The position numbers were made by a program, and so were the translations under genes. From positions 32,001 through 96,000 of the forward strand of contig CAWHDZ010000017.1 in the NCBI GenBank assembly GCA_963828255.1: DNA of 64,000 bases. The letters run 5' to 3'. Of the stretch, positions 9,422 through 17,276 are shown in pieces. Each line of letters starts with the position of its first letter. The stretch's first letter is position 1. The notes below the pieces were generated by a model. The model was not told where the DNA came from. It did no database searches and saw nothing but the letters and a program-made list of their open reading frames with translations. The stretch is from an uncultured delta proteobacterium. Lineage in GTDB: Bacteria; Myxococcota; Myxococcia; Myxococcales; Anaeromyxobacteraceae.

Positions 9422-9865
9422 TCAGGCGTGACAGGCGCTGCAGTTGCCGACGTGGACGCGGGCCGCGGCGGCCCCGGCCGGCTTGTGGCAGGAGCCGCAG
9501 GCGCCGCTGGAGGCGGGGCCCGACATCGTGCTGGTCTGCCCGCCGGAGGAGACCGAGACGGTGAGCGGCGGGCTGAGGGGCGCCGACGTGTAGAAGTTGC
9601 CCACCGAGTTGGTGGTCAGCCGGACGGCCGTGCCGGTCTTCGGGACGATGGTCACCACCGCGCCGGCCAGGCCGGGCGCGCTGCTGCCGCCCCCCGCGAA
9701 GACGGTGCCCGCCGCGGTGAAGCGGCCGGCCTCGCCGCCTTGGTGACAGGACATGCAGTTCGAGCCCGGCTGCATGGTGGGCCCTCCCTCGTCCTCGCTC
9801 TCGCCGCCGCAGGCGGTGAGGGTGAGGAGGGCAAGGGCGACGACGGCGGCGCTGACGAGACGCAT
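9422..9865 (-). CDS. Small c-type cytochrome lipoprotein with three CXXCH motifs
   Basis: Lipobox LTAC; CMSCH, CGSCH, CSACH. Confidence 0.75.
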   Translation of the reverse strand: MRLVSAAVVALALLTLTACGGESEDEGGPTMQPGSNCMSCHQGGEAGRFTAAGTVFAGGGSSAPGLAGAVVTIVPKTGTAVRLTTNSVGNFYTSAPLSPPLTVSVSSGGQTSTMSGPASSGACGSCHKPAGAAAARVHVGNCSACHA

Positions 9866-10018
9866 GGTGGCGGGGCTCCTGCAGGATCCCATGTTCGTGG
9901 GCATGAAACCACGGCCTGGCCCGGCGGGCCAGGAGCCCCGTGCCGTTCGCGCCGCAAAGGGGGCGACGGGCCCTTCGTGGCGTTGCGCGGACGCCCCTGC
10001 GGCGACAGAAGAAGTCCC

Positions 10019-10645
10019 ATGACGCGCCTCCTGCCGCTCGCCGCGGCCCTTGCCCTCTGGGCGCTCGCGGAGCCGGCCATGGCCACGGAGAAGCCGAAGT
10101 ACACGGTCGTCCAGCAGGTCGAGGGGCTGGAGGTGCGCCAGTACGCGCCCTACCTGGTCGCGGAGACCGAGGTGACGGGTTCCCGGGAGGAGGCGGGGAA
10201 CGAGGGGTTCCGCCGGCTCGGCGGCTACATCTTCGGCAAGAACCGGGGGGAGCGGAAGATCGCCATGACGGCCCCGGTCGCGCAGCAGGAGGGAACCAAG
10301 ATCGCCATGACGGCTCCGGTCTCCCAGCAGGAGAGGCCCGATCGCGGGAAGTCCGCGTGGGTGATCCAGTTCATGATGCCCTCGGACCTCACCCTGGCCA
10401 CGCTGCCCGAGCCGCTCGACCCGGCCGTCCGGTTCCGCGAGGTCCCGGGGCGCAAGGTCGCCGTGCTCGCCTACTCGGGGAGCTGGTCCGAGGGGCGCTA
10501 CCTCGAGAAGCTCGCCGAGCTGCGAACGGCCATGGCGAAGGCCGGGCTGCGGCCGGAAGGGGAGCCGGTCTGGGCGCGCTACGATCCGCCGTTCATGCCG
10601 TGGTTCCTGCGAACCAACGAGATCCTGGTCGAGATAGCTCCCTGA
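10019..10645 (+). CDS. SOUL heme-binding family protein
   Basis: EVRQYAP, GFRRLGGYIFG.N, KIAMTAPV (twice), ARYDPPFMPWFLRTNEI. Confidence 0.9.
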   Translation: MTRLLPLAAALALWALAEPAMATEKPKYTVVQQVEGLEVRQYAPYLVAETEVTGSREEAGNEGFRRLGGYIFGKNRGERKIAMTAPVAQQEGTKIAMTAPVSQQERPDRGKSAWVIQFMMPSDLTLATLPEPLDPAVRFREVPGRKVAVLAYSGSWSEGRYLEKLAELRTAMAKAGLRPEGEPVWARYDPPFMPWFLRTNEILVEIAP

Positions 10646-11234
10646 CCTGCCTGTCCTGCTTCCCGATCAGGCGCTCCACCGCTTCCAGCTCCTGGCCGAC
10701 GCCCGCGGCCTGGGCCTCGAAGGTGCGCTTCACGGGCACTTCCGGCGTGACGCTGGCGTCGGGGGGCTGAAAGTCCCAAGGCTCCAGGAGCCTCGGGATA
10801 TCCCCCGGATCCGCCGGGGAGGCAGTAGAAGTGGGACTTCTCGGGGAGCGTCTCCACCTGGATGCTATCAGGTCGTCCGGCACGCCACCCGCCGACAGAC
10901 CTCGCGCAGGACGGGATAGGATGTCTTCCAGCGGCGACCTTCCCGTCCGGGCTGATCTTCGAACGACCCGCCGGAAGCCGTGACCGAGTCGTTCTCTGGC
11001 CTGCGTGGAACGGGGCACTCGATGAATCGCTTCAGACACCTCCTCGTGAATCTGGATCTGCAGGGCGCTCACGACTGGTCGGCGGTGCGTTCCGCGGCGC
11101 TGCCGGGGAGCAGGACCGCGGAGGTGGTCCGGAGAGCGCAGATCTTGACGACGGTCGTGAAGCCCAAGGGCGCCGGGCGCTGCCTCCTCGAGTCCGAGGC
11201 GATCCAGGACTGCGTGTCGATACGGACGCAGATT

Positions 11235-12578
11235 TCAGAGACGGCGGACAGCCTTCTCGTAGAGACCGGGGAACCGGCCCGTCGGATCGTAGTCGCGCTT
11301 CAGCGCATCGTACGCCCGGCGGTCGCAGGTGTCCCAGAACGCCTGCTCGTCGAAGGTGCTGCGCGAATACAGGCTCTTCTTGCCGTCGTACCGCGCCACC
11401 AGCCGTTCGACGATCGCGTTGTAATGACCGTCCGGCTGCCGGCTGCGCACGGTGTCCCAGAACCCGAAGTTGACGTACGGCGTGTCCGTCCGCAGCCGGT
11501 ACAGCGGATACCGGTCGGTCGTGACCCTGAACGGGCAGACCCAGACCGGCGTGATGCCGACCTCGGCGTGCAGCTGCGCCAGGAAGGCCGCGGCGTTGGC
11601 GAGCGGGATGTCCACGTCCTGGATCACCGATTCTGCGTGCCGACGCAGGAGCTCGAGCGCCTTCAGAGGATAGCGCTCTGCCGCGCGCATGATCCTCTGG
11701 TAGGTGACGCTCGACAGGAGTCGGGGTCCGGCGAGCAGGCGGACGGGCGCGAGGTGCGCGCCGACGTTCCGGCTGCACCAGAACCAATCCGTGTCCCAGC
11801 GCCACAGGTAATCCCGGGTGGTCAGGTGGTCGTCGGGACGCGCACGCAGACTCCTCCAGAACTGCTGCATCCATTTGTAGTCGCTCGCCCTGAGGCCAGG
11901 CGGCAGTGCCTCGACCGTCGTCGCACGCGTGAGCACGAAGTCGCCGGGGCCGAAGAACACGCCGTCGAGATAGTCGCAGTTCGGGTTCGCGCACTCCGCG
12001 GCGACGGCGGCGAAGAATCGTCCTGCGTCCGCGAATCGCTCGTGCCTCAGGTGCACGAAGGGAGCGACGGGGATGAGCCTGATGGTCAATCGTGTCGCAT
12101 AGCCGAGGCTGCCGTAGGAGTTCGGGAAGCCACGGAACAGGTCCGCGTGCTCCGTCGACGAGCAGCGCAGCACGCGGCCGTCAGCCACGAGCACGTCGAA
12201 CGCGGCGACGGTCTCGTGCACCAGGCCGTGGCGAAACGAGCTCGACTCGATGCCGAGGCCGGTGGTCGCGCCGCCGACGGTGATGCTCTTCAGCTCGGGG
12301 ACGACCGCAGGCGCGAGCCCATGGGGCAGCGTCGCGTCGACGAGGGCGGCGTAGGTCGTCATGCCCTCGACGTCCGCGGTGCGTGCGTCGGAGTCCATCG
12401 AGATCACGTGATCGAGCGTCGTTCCGTCGATGAGGACCCGATCGGCCGCGAGCCGGGGACGGAACAGGTTGCTGGTGCGCTTGCGCAGGCGAACGGGGCC
12501 GGTCGAGCCGCGCAGCGCGGCCGCGAGCCGCTCCACCCGTCCGCGGTGCGATTCGATCGTGGCGGGGGAATCGCTCAT
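11235..12578 (-). CDS. FAD-binding oxidoreductase, TmsA/BfaA/TmpA-like (methylene fatty-acyl reductase; DHCR24-like fold)
   Basis: VRLRKRTSNLFR, VVPELKSITVGGA..GLGIESSSFRHG, FPNSYGSLGY, DYLWRWDTDWFWCSR, KKSLYS; ATGA overlap with the cfa-like gene. Confidence 0.8.
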   Translation of the reverse strand: MSDSPATIESHRGRVERLAAALRGSTGPVRLRKRTSNLFRPRLAADRVLIDGTTLDHVISMDSDARTADVEGMTTYAALVDATLPHGLAPAVVPELKSITVGGATTGLGIESSSFRHGLVHETVAAFDVLVADGRVLRCSSTEHADLFRGFPNSYGSLGYATRLTIRLIPVAPFVHLRHERFADAGRFFAAVAAECANPNCDYLDGVFFGPGDFVLTRATTVEALPPGLRASDYKWMQQFWRSLRARPDDHLTTRDYLWRWDTDWFWCSRNVGAHLAPVRLLAGPRLLSSVTYQRIMRAAERYPLKALELLRRHAESVIQDVDIPLANAAAFLAQLHAEVGITPVWVCPFRVTTDRYPLYRLRTDTPYVNFGFWDTVRSRQPDGHYNAIVERLVARYDGKKSLYSRSTFDEQAFWDTCDRRAYDALKRDYDPTGRFPGLYEKAVRRL

Positions 12579-13705
12579 CTTGCCGGTACGTAGCGCGGGA
12601 CGTCCCCCCGGCTCAGCACGAGCTGCCAGAGATTGAGCGTGCGCGCGCGAAACGCGCCGGCGCAAGAGTTGAGGTAGTAGCGCCACAGCCGGTGGAAGCG
12701 TTCGTCCATCGCCGGGTGCTTGCCGAGCTCCGGCACTGCGGCGCGGAAGTTCTCATCCCACGCGAGCAGTGTCCGGTCGTAGTCCGGCCCGAAGTTGTGC
12801 CAGTCCTCCAGGACGAAGAGCCCTTCCTTGGCCGCGGCGAGCTGCTGCTCGGAAGGAATGACGCCGCCCGGGAAGATGTACCTGGAGATCCACGGATCGG
12901 TCGTCACCATGCTGACGTTGCCACCGATCGTGTGCACGAGGGCGAGTCCGCCGGGCGCGAGCCTCGCCCGCGCCATCTCGAAGAATCGCCGGTAGTTCTT
13001 CGGCCCCACGTGCTCCATCAGTCCGATGCTGACGACCCGGTCGTACGTCTGCGGATCCGACGCGGCCTCCCGGTAGTCCTGCAGGCGGAACTCCACCGGC
13101 AGCCCGTCGCACCAGGCGCGGGCGAACTCGACCTGTTCCCGGCTGATGTTGTAGCTGACGATGCGGCACCCATGGTGAATTGCGAGATGCCGGGCGAGGC
13201 CCCCGAAGCCGCCGCCGAGTTCGAGCACCGACATGCCCGGCTGCAGGCGGAGCTTCCTCGCGATCAAGTCCAGCTTGCGGTCCTGCGCCTCGTCGAGCGT
13301 CTGGTCCGCGCCGTCGGGACCGTAGTAGGCACAGGTGTATTGCATGGTGCGGCCGAGCATCGCGGCGTACAGCTCGTTGGAGAGGTCGTAGTGCTGCCGC
13401 GCCACCCGCTTCGAAAGCCATCGCCCCTGCTGGTTGGCGAGCTTGCTCAGCGCGACCTGGGCCAGCATCCCGGTGGTCACGAGCCGGCGGTCGATCCGCC
13501 CCGCATGGATGCGCACGAAGAACTCGTCGAGCTTCTCGGCGTGCCACCATCCGTCCATGTAGGCCTCGCCGGCGCCCAGGGTGCCGTGCGCCAGCACGCG
13601 CGCGTAGAGGCGTTCGTCCTGAACCTGCAGGTCCCAGGGATTGCCGCCGTTGATCTCGATGCCTGCGGCCCGCAGCAGGACCGCGACGCATTCCTTTGCC
13701 GCCAT
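12575..13705 (-). CDS. cfa: Cyclopropane-fatty-acyl-phospholipid synthase family SAM methyltransferase
   Basis: GEAYMDGWW, HYDLSNELY, YTCAYY, LELGGGFGG, SIGLMEHVG, YIFPGG, YDRTLLAW. Confidence 0.9.
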   Translation of the reverse strand: MAAKECVAVLLRAAGIEINGGNPWDLQVQDERLYARVLAHGTLGAGEAYMDGWWHAEKLDEFFVRIHAGRIDRRLVTTGMLAQVALSKLANQQGRWLSKRVARQHYDLSNELYAAMLGRTMQYTCAYYGPDGADQTLDEAQDRKLDLIARKLRLQPGMSVLELGGGFGGLARHLAIHHGCRIVSYNISREQVEFARAWCDGLPVEFRLQDYREAASDPQTYDRVVSIGLMEHVGPKNYRRFFEMARARLAPGGLALVHTIGGNVSMVTTDPWISRYIFPGGVIPSEQQLAAAKEGLFVLEDWHNFGPDYDRTLLAWDENFRAAVPELGKHPAMDERFHRLWRYYLNSCAGAFRARTLNLWQLVLSRGDVPRYVPAR

Positions 13706-14036
13706 GGATACGGTCCGACCGTCCGATGGGCACCGGCCCCATTCGGTACGAACCACATATCGCTTGCTGCGGCGGCGCGCAATCCGTACCCGGCGTGAAT
13801 CGAGCTGGTCGCAAGGCGGCGGCCGGGTTCCGACCACGCTCCCCTCGGCGACGAGGACGGTCGCCTCACCGGAGGTCACATGCTGCAAAGACTAGTGGTG
13901 AACCCAGTCGCCCGCGCCCGCCGTACAGGCTCGGTCGGGTGCTGGACGCTGCAGTGGTCGCGGGCAGGAGATGCAAGCTGCATCTCGGGTCTGGCGACGG
14001 CCGGTGGGAAGCTCAAAGCTTCCTTCGGGTCGGGTA

Positions 14037-14233
14037 ACCGCAGCAGGTCGGCGCCTTCGCTTGGGTGCGAAGATGCCGTGGTATCGGACGGAGTGGATCC
14101 TCGGCGGCGGCACCAGGGTGGCGAGCCGAGCGAGGAAATCGTCTGGCGCGAGGCGCAGGAGGAGCGAGCCGCCGCGGGGGCGCTTCATCTGGTAGACGAG
14201 TTGCCCGTCCTCGCCCTGCGAGAGCCTTTGAAG
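14037..14233 (-). pseudogene. IS91-family (Y2) transposase C-terminal fragment
   Basis: RLSQGEDGQLVYQMKRP...DFLARLATLVPPPRIHSVRYHGIFAP; rest of gene absent. Confidence 0.75.
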
Positions 14234-14588
14234 AACAGGGGAACGGCAATGCTGCTGGGCAACGGCTCCGGGTGTACGGCCAGGAGGCCACGCAGTTGGT
14301 TGAGTTCCTTTGTCTGCCGTCCAGCCGGGACCAGGGCTCTCCCAGCGCGAGCGGTCTCGAGAGCGGCGGCCTTCCTTCCTGGACCTGCTCCCGGGACGCC
14401 TCGACCTCACGAACAGGGATCAAATCTCGAAGCACGGACATCAACTTCTGCGCTTCGCTCATGAGCCTACGCGCCGTCTTGTCCCGTCCGCTGCTGAGCA
14501 AGGAGCTCCAGAAGAGGGTGTAGGGCGGCCGCTGGTCGAGCCCGTCGCCTCGGCGCGCATCTCGGGCACGCGGGGCCAGGGGGCACGA

Positions 14589-14951
14589 TCAGGCTACCCG
14601 GAGCCCCTGAAGCTCCTCGCGACTGACCCGAGCGAATTCCGTGATCACGTCCGCGTTTCGATCATCCATCATGCGGCGCATCTCCTCCGCGCTGCGCGCG
14701 GGTCCCATGGCGAGGTCGACGACGAACTTCAGCGCCCGGTCGGCACCGTCGACGACGGGCTTCGTGGAGATCAGCGTGATTCGACTGCGCAGTGAGAACG
14801 GGTTCATCAGCTTCGCATGGTCCACCATCACGCTGGCCGGGGCGTTGGCGCAGAGCACTGCCAGCTCGTCCATGAATCGTCCGTAGAGTTCTTCCCGCTC
14901 GGTGGGCCCTGATGCCAGTCGCGCCGCGTGGGCCCGTGAAGTCGTCGTCAT
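14589..14951 (-). CDS. Hypothetical protein, possibly N-terminally truncated
   Basis: Protein-like composition (REELYGRFMDE...FARVSREELQ); no family recognised. Confidence 0.4.
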   Translation of the reverse strand: MTTTSRAHAARLASGPTEREELYGRFMDELAVLCANAPASVMVDHAKLMNPFSLRSRITLISTKPVVDGADRALKFVVDLAMGPARSAEEMRRMMDDRNADVITEFARVSREELQGLRVA

Positions 14952-14983
14952 CCAGGTCGTGGCAAAGGAAGTGGCGCCACCGA

Positions 14984-15426
14984 CCCGACGAGACCGGCGC
15001 GATGCGCAACGTGACCTGGCAGCCGGAGGACGTGCTGCGACGGGCGCTCAAGCGCGCCGGGATCGTCACCGGGTGCAAGCACAAGCGCCGGCGGAAGGGC
15101 TGCGGCCACGAGGAAGCCCACGCCGACGCCAACCCTCGGCGCTGCCCTCGATGCGATTTCCTGCTCTGGCCGAAGGCTCAGGTGCAGGCGACCCGCTTCC
15201 ACGACCTCCGTCACACCTGCGCGAGCGTGCTCCTCATGCTCGGGGCGAACCTCGTGTCGATGCAGAAGGTGCTCGGCCACTCCGACCCGAAGATCACGGA
15301 GCGGCGCTACGGCCACCTGCTGCTTGCCAAAAGGAGAGGCCGGAACCCCTTCGGTTTCCCGAGAGATTCCAGCCTCGTTTGTGGCGGGGAGTACGGGACT
15401 CGAACCCGTGGCCTCCGGCGTGACAG
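14984..15426 (+). repeat. Copy 1 of a 443-bp direct repeat (integrase 3' end, tRNA terminator, 45-bp tRNA-Asp 3' fragment)
   Basis: Matches 22707-23149 at offset 7723, with 3 mismatches seen by eye. Confidence 0.92.
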
Positions 15427-15791
15427 CCGCTGAACCAGGGCTGGCGGGGATGGGTCAATCGTTGCAACCCCCTGCAACTACTCGGTTCGGGAGCCGCTCG
15501 GACTCCAGCGCTTCGCCAGGTTTGGGAGCGTTTTCCCGTCCGCGAGTTACACCTGGGTTACAGTCACCGATCGTGAAATCCGTCGCCTCGGAGCGGCTCC
15601 TGTCGGTTCGCCAGGTGGCTGCGCGGCTCGGGGTCAGCACCTCGACCATCTACGGCCTGTGCCAGAAGGGAAGGCTCCCTCACGTTCGCGTCTCGAACGC
15701 CATCCGCGTGGCACCCGAGGCCCTTGAGGACCTGGTGGGAGGTGGGGCGCGCCCCGGGGGGACCTACAGCGCCGGGCCCCGTCCTCGGTAA
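15324..15791 (+). CDS. ORF reading through the att core into an excisionase-type HTH (probable detached integrase C-terminus)
   Basis: AGSTGLEPVASGVT is the antisense tRNA-Asp; followed by LLSVRQVAARLGVSTSTIYGLCQKGRLPHVRVSNAIRV (HTH_17-like). Confidence 0.65.
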   Translation: MPKGEAGTPSVSREIPASFVAGSTGLEPVASGVTAAEPGLAGMGQSLQPPATTRFGSRSDSSASPGLGAFSRPRVTPGLQSPIVKSVASERLLSVRQVAARLGVSTSTIYGLCQKGRLPHVRVSNAIRVAPEALEDLVGGGARPGGTYSAGPRPR

Positions 15792-16051
15792 GCGCTCCAG
15801 ACTGCGACGACGTAGACACGATTGGCCTCCACCAGAAAGTACAGGTGGTAGCTCGTCCTCTGGAGCAGGAGTCGACGGATGCCCGGCTTCGGCGCGTACC
15901 GCAGGCCCAGTCCGGGCGCGCCTTCAAGCGCGATCAGTGCCTGGTCGAGCTCGTTCACGAAGAGGTCGGGGGCCGCCGGGCGGTTCTCGCGCCACCAGGC
16001 ATCGGCGCGTTCGACCTCGGCCCGCGCTTCGCCGGAAAGCTCGACTTTCAC
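15764..16051 (-). CDS. RelE/ParE-family toxin
   Basis: 95 aa; VELSGEARAEV..ADAWW, IRRLLLQRTSYHLYF, VYVVAVWS; 4-bp overlap with the upstream antitoxin. Confidence 0.8.
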   Translation of the reverse strand: MKVELSGEARAEVERADAWWRENRPAAPDLFVNELDQALIALEGAPGLGLRYAPKPGIRRLLLQRTSYHLYFLVEANRVYVVAVWSAYRGRGPAL

Positions 16052-16302
16052 CGACCGGATGCTCTCGCGCGCAGTTCAGCCATCACCTGGCGGGCATCGG
16101 TCGTGCGTCCCGCGTGAACGTCGGCGAGCCCCCGGTCGATGGAAGCGTGAAGCCGCTCGCGCTCCTCGGCGTCGAGGTAGTCCCCGCCGCTGGTGAGCAC
16201 CTCGTCGAGGGGGACAAGCTCGACGACCTCGCCGTTGGGCAGATCGGTGGGCTCGTCCAGCAGCAGCCGGCCACCTCGAACGTGTGCCTTGAGCGCCCTC
16301 AT
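16048..16302 (-). CDS. Putative antitoxin (AF2212/DUF104-like N-terminus)
   Basis: MRALKAHVRGGRLLLDEPTDLPNGEVVELV...GLADVHAGRTTDARQVMAELR; coupled to the toxin. Confidence 0.7.
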   Translation of the reverse strand: MRALKAHVRGGRLLLDEPTDLPNGEVVELVPLDEVLTSGGDYLDAEERERLHASIDRGLADVHAGRTTDARQVMAELRARASGR

Positions 16303-16590
16303 GGTGCTGATCATCTTAACGCTTCCCGGAGTCGTCCGCAGCCTCGACGGACGGGCCCGAGTGGCGGAACCAGGATCTCCCGGTACCGGATCCGTTCCCA
16401 CCTCATGTTCGAAACGAAGGAGGTTCCGTACCGTCTGCTGGGGCTGATCTCCCGCGACCGGCAAAGGGCTTTCCACGGGCGGGTCTGGTAGCTGGTGGAA
16501 CAGGCCGTTCGCGGCGAGCTTCGGCCTTCTGATTTCTACTTCTACCTCGACTGCTCCCGCCCCGAGGAGCCAAAGCCTAGGTCCTTACCT

Positions 16591-17175
16591 TCACGGTGCC
16601 CTCGCCGAGGTGGCGCGCCCGGACCGGGTCAGGCGTGCGAGCTCAGCCTTGGGCACGAGCCCCCGATGACCCGCCTGCTGGATGGCCGGAAGCAGGAGGT
16701 CAGGCGCGACTCCCGCCGCCAGGCAGTCGGCCAGCGTCCGCCGAACGGCCGTCACCTGGACGGGCCCCACCCACGTTCGATCGACCTTGGGGACGTCTGC
16801 GTAGGCCAGGACCACGCCCTGGGGTACCCGGAGCCGTCGCTGGCTCCAGCTGGACGGCACCGTGAGGTGGACTTGCGCGGGTAGCACGTCCGAGAGTTCA
16901 TGCAGGGAGAGGGCGGTCTCGTGGGAGAAGACCCCGGCGCGGTTCGACCAGAGCCAGACCGCGGCCAGGTCCTCGTGCTCACCTGGCGGGAAGTGGACGA
17001 GTCGGTAGACGCCCCGGCGCACGCGTCGCACCCGGCCGGCGCGGAGGTGCTTCTGGAGAAGCTGGGGGGAGTAGCCCGCCTCGGCCGCCTGCGCGGTCGA
17101 GAAGAGGCCGTCCTGACCGGCGGCCAGGTCGAACAGGTCGTCCCAGTTCGGTGTCGTGGGGCTCGCGCTGGTCAT
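16591..17175 (-). CDS. AbiEi-family (type IV TA) antitoxin/regulator
   Basis: LAAGQDGLFSTAQA, RVRRGVYRL, VFSHETALSLHEL, VTAVRRTLAD. Confidence 0.85.
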   Translation of the reverse strand: MTSASPTTPNWDDLFDLAAGQDGLFSTAQAAEAGYSPQLLQKHLRAGRVRRVRRGVYRLVHFPPGEHEDLAAVWLWSNRAGVFSHETALSLHELSDVLPAQVHLTVPSSWSQRRLRVPQGVVLAYADVPKVDRTWVGPVQVTAVRRTLADCLAAGVAPDLLLPAIQQAGHRGLVPKAELARLTRSGRATSARAP

Positions 17176-17183
17176 GCACGAAT

Positions 17184-17206
17184 ATAAACCTGTGGTGTAT
17201 GTTTAT
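17184..17206. promoter_or_regulatory. AT-rich inverted repeat ATAAAC-N11-GTTTAT just upstream of abiEi (candidate autoregulatory operator)
   Basis: Seen in sequence, 8 bp from the ATG. Confidence 0.4.
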
Positions 17207-17276
17207 GCAAGCTCGCGGATTGGGCATCCGACCCTCGTCTCAGGCGTCCGAAGGGCTGCCTTCCGAGCCGCGCGTC

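Noticed and set aside
10255..10325. Duplicated KIAMTAPV in SOUL
   Set aside because: Common feature of bacterial SOUL proteins.
10650..11230. ORFs 10593-11072 and 10579-10857 as genes
   Set aside because: No recognisable family or clear start; probably degraded DNA.
15382..15426. Second tRNA-Asp gene
   Set aside because: Only the 3' 45 nt are present; it is an att fragment.
16320..16590. Plus-strand protein-like stretch interrupted by TAG
   Set aside because: No identifiable family; likely debris.
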